From assembly GCA_000008885.1 (NCBI GenBank), contig BA000021.3, positions 630,001 to 662,000 of the forward strand: a DNA stretch of 32,000 nucleotides, in the 5' to 3' direction. The stretch is from Wigglesworthia glossinidia endosymbiont of Glossina brevipalpis. GTDB taxonomy: Bacteria; Pseudomonadota; Gammaproteobacteria; Enterobacterales; Enterobacteriaceae. Shown here piece after piece: positions 30,030 to 32,000 of this stretch; position 1 is the first letter of the stretch; every line of letters starts with the position of its first letter. The translations under genes and the position numbers were made by a program. The notes under the pieces are model-generated. The model made no database searches, had not been told where the DNA came from, and was given only the letters and a program-made list of their open reading frames with translations.

Positions 30030-31433
30030 TTACATATAATATAATTCAAACTCTACAGGATGGGGAGTAGATTTTACTATATTTATTTCTTTTTGTTTTA
30101 ATTCTATGTAAGAATCAATGAAGTCATTAGTAAATACATTGTTCTTAGTTAAAAATTCTCTATCTTTATCTAAATGATAAATAGATTCCTCTAAAGAGGA
30201 AGACATTTTATTTAAATTTTTTTCTTTAAATTTGTATAAATTTTTTTCTATAGGATTTCCTGGAAAAATTTTATTATTTATACCATCTATAGACGCCATT
30301 AAAATTGCAGAAAATAACAAATAAGGATTAGAGGAAGAATCTGGAAATCTTATTTCAAATCTACATGATTTATCATCATTAAAAGTTGGAATTCTTATAG
30401 CTGCAGATCTATTATTTAAAGAATAAGACAAAGAAACTGGAGCTTCAAATCCAGGGATTAATCTTTTATAAGAATTAGTGGTGGGATTTGCAAATGCATT
30501 TATAGATTTTGCATGTTTTATTATTCCACCTATAGAGAACAATGCATATTTAGATAGATTTCCATATTCTTTTCCAAAGAATATATTTTTTCCTTCTTTT
30601 TCTATGGAAATATGGCAATGCATTCCTGATCCATTGTCTCCTCTAATTGGTTTAGGCATAAAAGTAGCAGTTTTTTTAAAAAAATAAGCTGTATTATGAA
30701 CTATATATTTATAAATTTGAACTTCATCTGCCTTTTTCGTTAAAGTATTATATTTAGTAGATATTTCGTTTTGACCAGAAGTTGCAACTTCGTGATGATG
30801 AGCTTCTACTTCTATTCCCATTTTTTCCATAAATAGACACATAGAAGATCTTATATTTTGAGAAGAATCAACAGGAGGCACTGGTAAATAACCAGATTTT
30901 ACTGATGGTCTATACCCTTTGTTTCCTTGTGAATAATATTTTCCACTGTTCCAAGATGATTCGATATCATTAATTATTACTTGAGATCCATGTATAGCGG
31001 TATAAAATCTAATATCATCAAACAAAAAAAATTCAAGTTCCGGCCCAAAATACATTTTATCTCCTATTTTTGAATATTGTAAATATTTTTCTGCGTTTTT
31101 TGCTATAGATCTTGGATCTTTGTTATAACTTTCAGATTTATTTGATTCGAAAATATCACATTTTATAATTAAAGTAGAATCATTATAAAATGGATCTAAA
31201 ACGGCCGTTGTTAAATCTGGAATCAATAAAACGTCAGAATTTTGAATTTTTTTCCACCCTAATATTGAAGATCCATCAAATATTTTTCCATTTTTTAAAA
31301 TTTTATTTATTTTTTCTTTTTTTAAAAAAGGTACAGTAATGTGTTGTTCTTTTCCAACCATGTCTGTAAATCTAAAATCAATAAATTTAATATTATTTTT
31401 TTCTATTATATTAATAATTTCATTAATAGACAC
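30030..31433 (-). CDS. glnA: Glutamine synthetase type I
   Basis: [40 protein letters not shown]-type [42 protein letters not shown]-terminal [13 protein letters not shown]. 467 aa. Confidence 0.98.
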   Translation of the reverse strand: MSINEIINIIEKNNIKFIDFRFTDMVGKEQHITVPFLKKEKINKILKNGKIFDGSSILGWKKIQNSDVLLIPDLTTAVLDPFYNDSTLIIKCDIFESNKSESYNKDPRSIAKNAEKYLQYSKIGDKMYFGPELEFFLFDDIRFYTAIHGSQVIINDIESSWNSGKYYSQGNKGYRPSVKSGYLPVPPVDSSQNIRSSMCLFMEKMGIEVEAHHHEVATSGQNEISTKYNTLTKKADEVQIYKYIVHNTAYFFKKTATFMPKPIRGDNGSGMHCHISIEKEGKNIFFGKEYGNLSKYALFSIGGIIKHAKSINAFANPTTNSYKRLIPGFEAPVSLSYSLNNRSAAIRIPTFNDDKSCRFEIRFPDSSSNPYLLFSAILMASIDGINNKIFPGNPIEKNLYKFKEKNLNKMSSSLEESIYHLDKDREFLTKNNVFTNDFIDSYIELKQKEINIVKSTPHPVEFELYYM

Positions 31434-31525
31434 TTTTTTCTCCTAAAAAGAAATTTATTAAAATATTTATATCATTAAATATTTTAATTATTAAAACCTT
31501 CTATTAAATATAATTTAAAAATATT

Positions 31526-31987
31526 TTATATCTTAGTAACTATTTTATGATCAAAATCTCTTTCACAATATTTGCATTTTAAATAGATTTTATTTAATTT
31601 TATTTTTACTATAAAGTCTGCTGCTTTTAGTTCTACCTTGCTTATACAATTTTCATTTGGGCATGATAATATTCCGTTTATAATTTTTGGCAATTTTAAT
31701 TTTTGTTTTTTTATTACAATATAATTTTTAATTTGATTTACAGTAGCTAAAGGCGCATATATAGACAACTGATTCGCTTGATCTTCATTAAGAAGAACAT
31801 TTTCTAATTTAATTAGATCTTTTTTTTTCTGCTGGTTAGAAGGTAAATTTAATCCCATTGTAATTCTTTCTTTTGTATGAAGCCATTTAAATAAACTTAG
31901 TAGTTTTAATCCCACTTGAGCAGGAATATGATCAATTACTGTACCGCCAAATATAGCTTCTACTTGTAATTTATTGTATTGAGGCAC
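31526..31987 (-). CDS. pyrI: Aspartate carbamoyltransferase regulatory chain (GTG start)
   Basis: [35 protein letters not shown]..., [45 protein letters not shown], and zinc-site Cys residues CPNENC...CKYC. Full-length PyrI, with GTG at 31987..31985 on the minus strand. Confidence 0.97.
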   Translation of the reverse strand: MPQYNKLQVEAIFGGTVIDHIPAQVGLKLLSLFKWLHTKERITMGLNLPSNQQKKKDLIKLENVLLNEDQANQLSIYAPLATVNQIKNYIVIKKQKLKLPKIINGILSCPNENCISKVELKAADFIVKIKLNKIYLKCKYCERDFDHKIVTKI

Positions 31988-32000
31988 TTGTATTTATTGT

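Noticed and set aside
30478-30687. Plus-strand 69 aa ORF inside glnA
   Set aside because: Shadow ORF opposite the conserved catalytic region of glutamine synthetase.
1-32000. Search for CRISPR arrays, IS/transposon ends, prophage, toxin-antitoxin, restriction-modification or secondary-metabolite genes
   Set aside because: Nearly every substantial ORF matches a known housekeeping family. No regular spaced repeats, integrase or transposase, or unexplained operons were seen. I found no undescribed multi-gene system.

Overview
This is a strongly AT-rich, gene-dense window. Gene content and synteny look like a reduced-genome, Enterobacterales-type (gammaproteobacterial) obligate endosymbiont. That assignment is an inference from protein recall and gene order, with no database search. 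From left to right: the end of the S10 operon (rplP partial, rpmC, rpsQ); the spc operon (rplN-rplX-rplE-rpsN-rpsH-rplF-rplR-rpsE-rpmD-rplO-secY-rpmJ); the alpha operon (rpsM-rpsK-rpsD-rpoA-rplQ); ndk-rlmN-rodZ(truncated)-ispG-hisS-yfgM(degraded)-der; pckA (-); aroK-damX-rpe-trpS; tkt/tal and hemF (-); bioH; an emrE-like SMR gene; a Met-Leu-Gln tRNA cluster with asnB (-); ydjM (-); glnA (-); and pyrI (-). rpmD and rpmJ are absent from the supplied ORF track but are readable in the sequence. I found no mobile element, CRISPR array, prophage, toxin-antitoxin, defence or biosynthetic cluster, and no convincing novel system. The most interesting signals are signs of genome erosion: a homopolymer-associated frame break in yfgM, a Der GTPase whose first G domain has lost canonical motifs, a RodZ reduced to its HTH and TM parts, the missing bamB, aroB, dam and gph in otherwise conserved gene runs, mismatched anticodon stems in two tRNAs, and some unusual retained genes (pckA, ydjM, emrE-like, pyrI).
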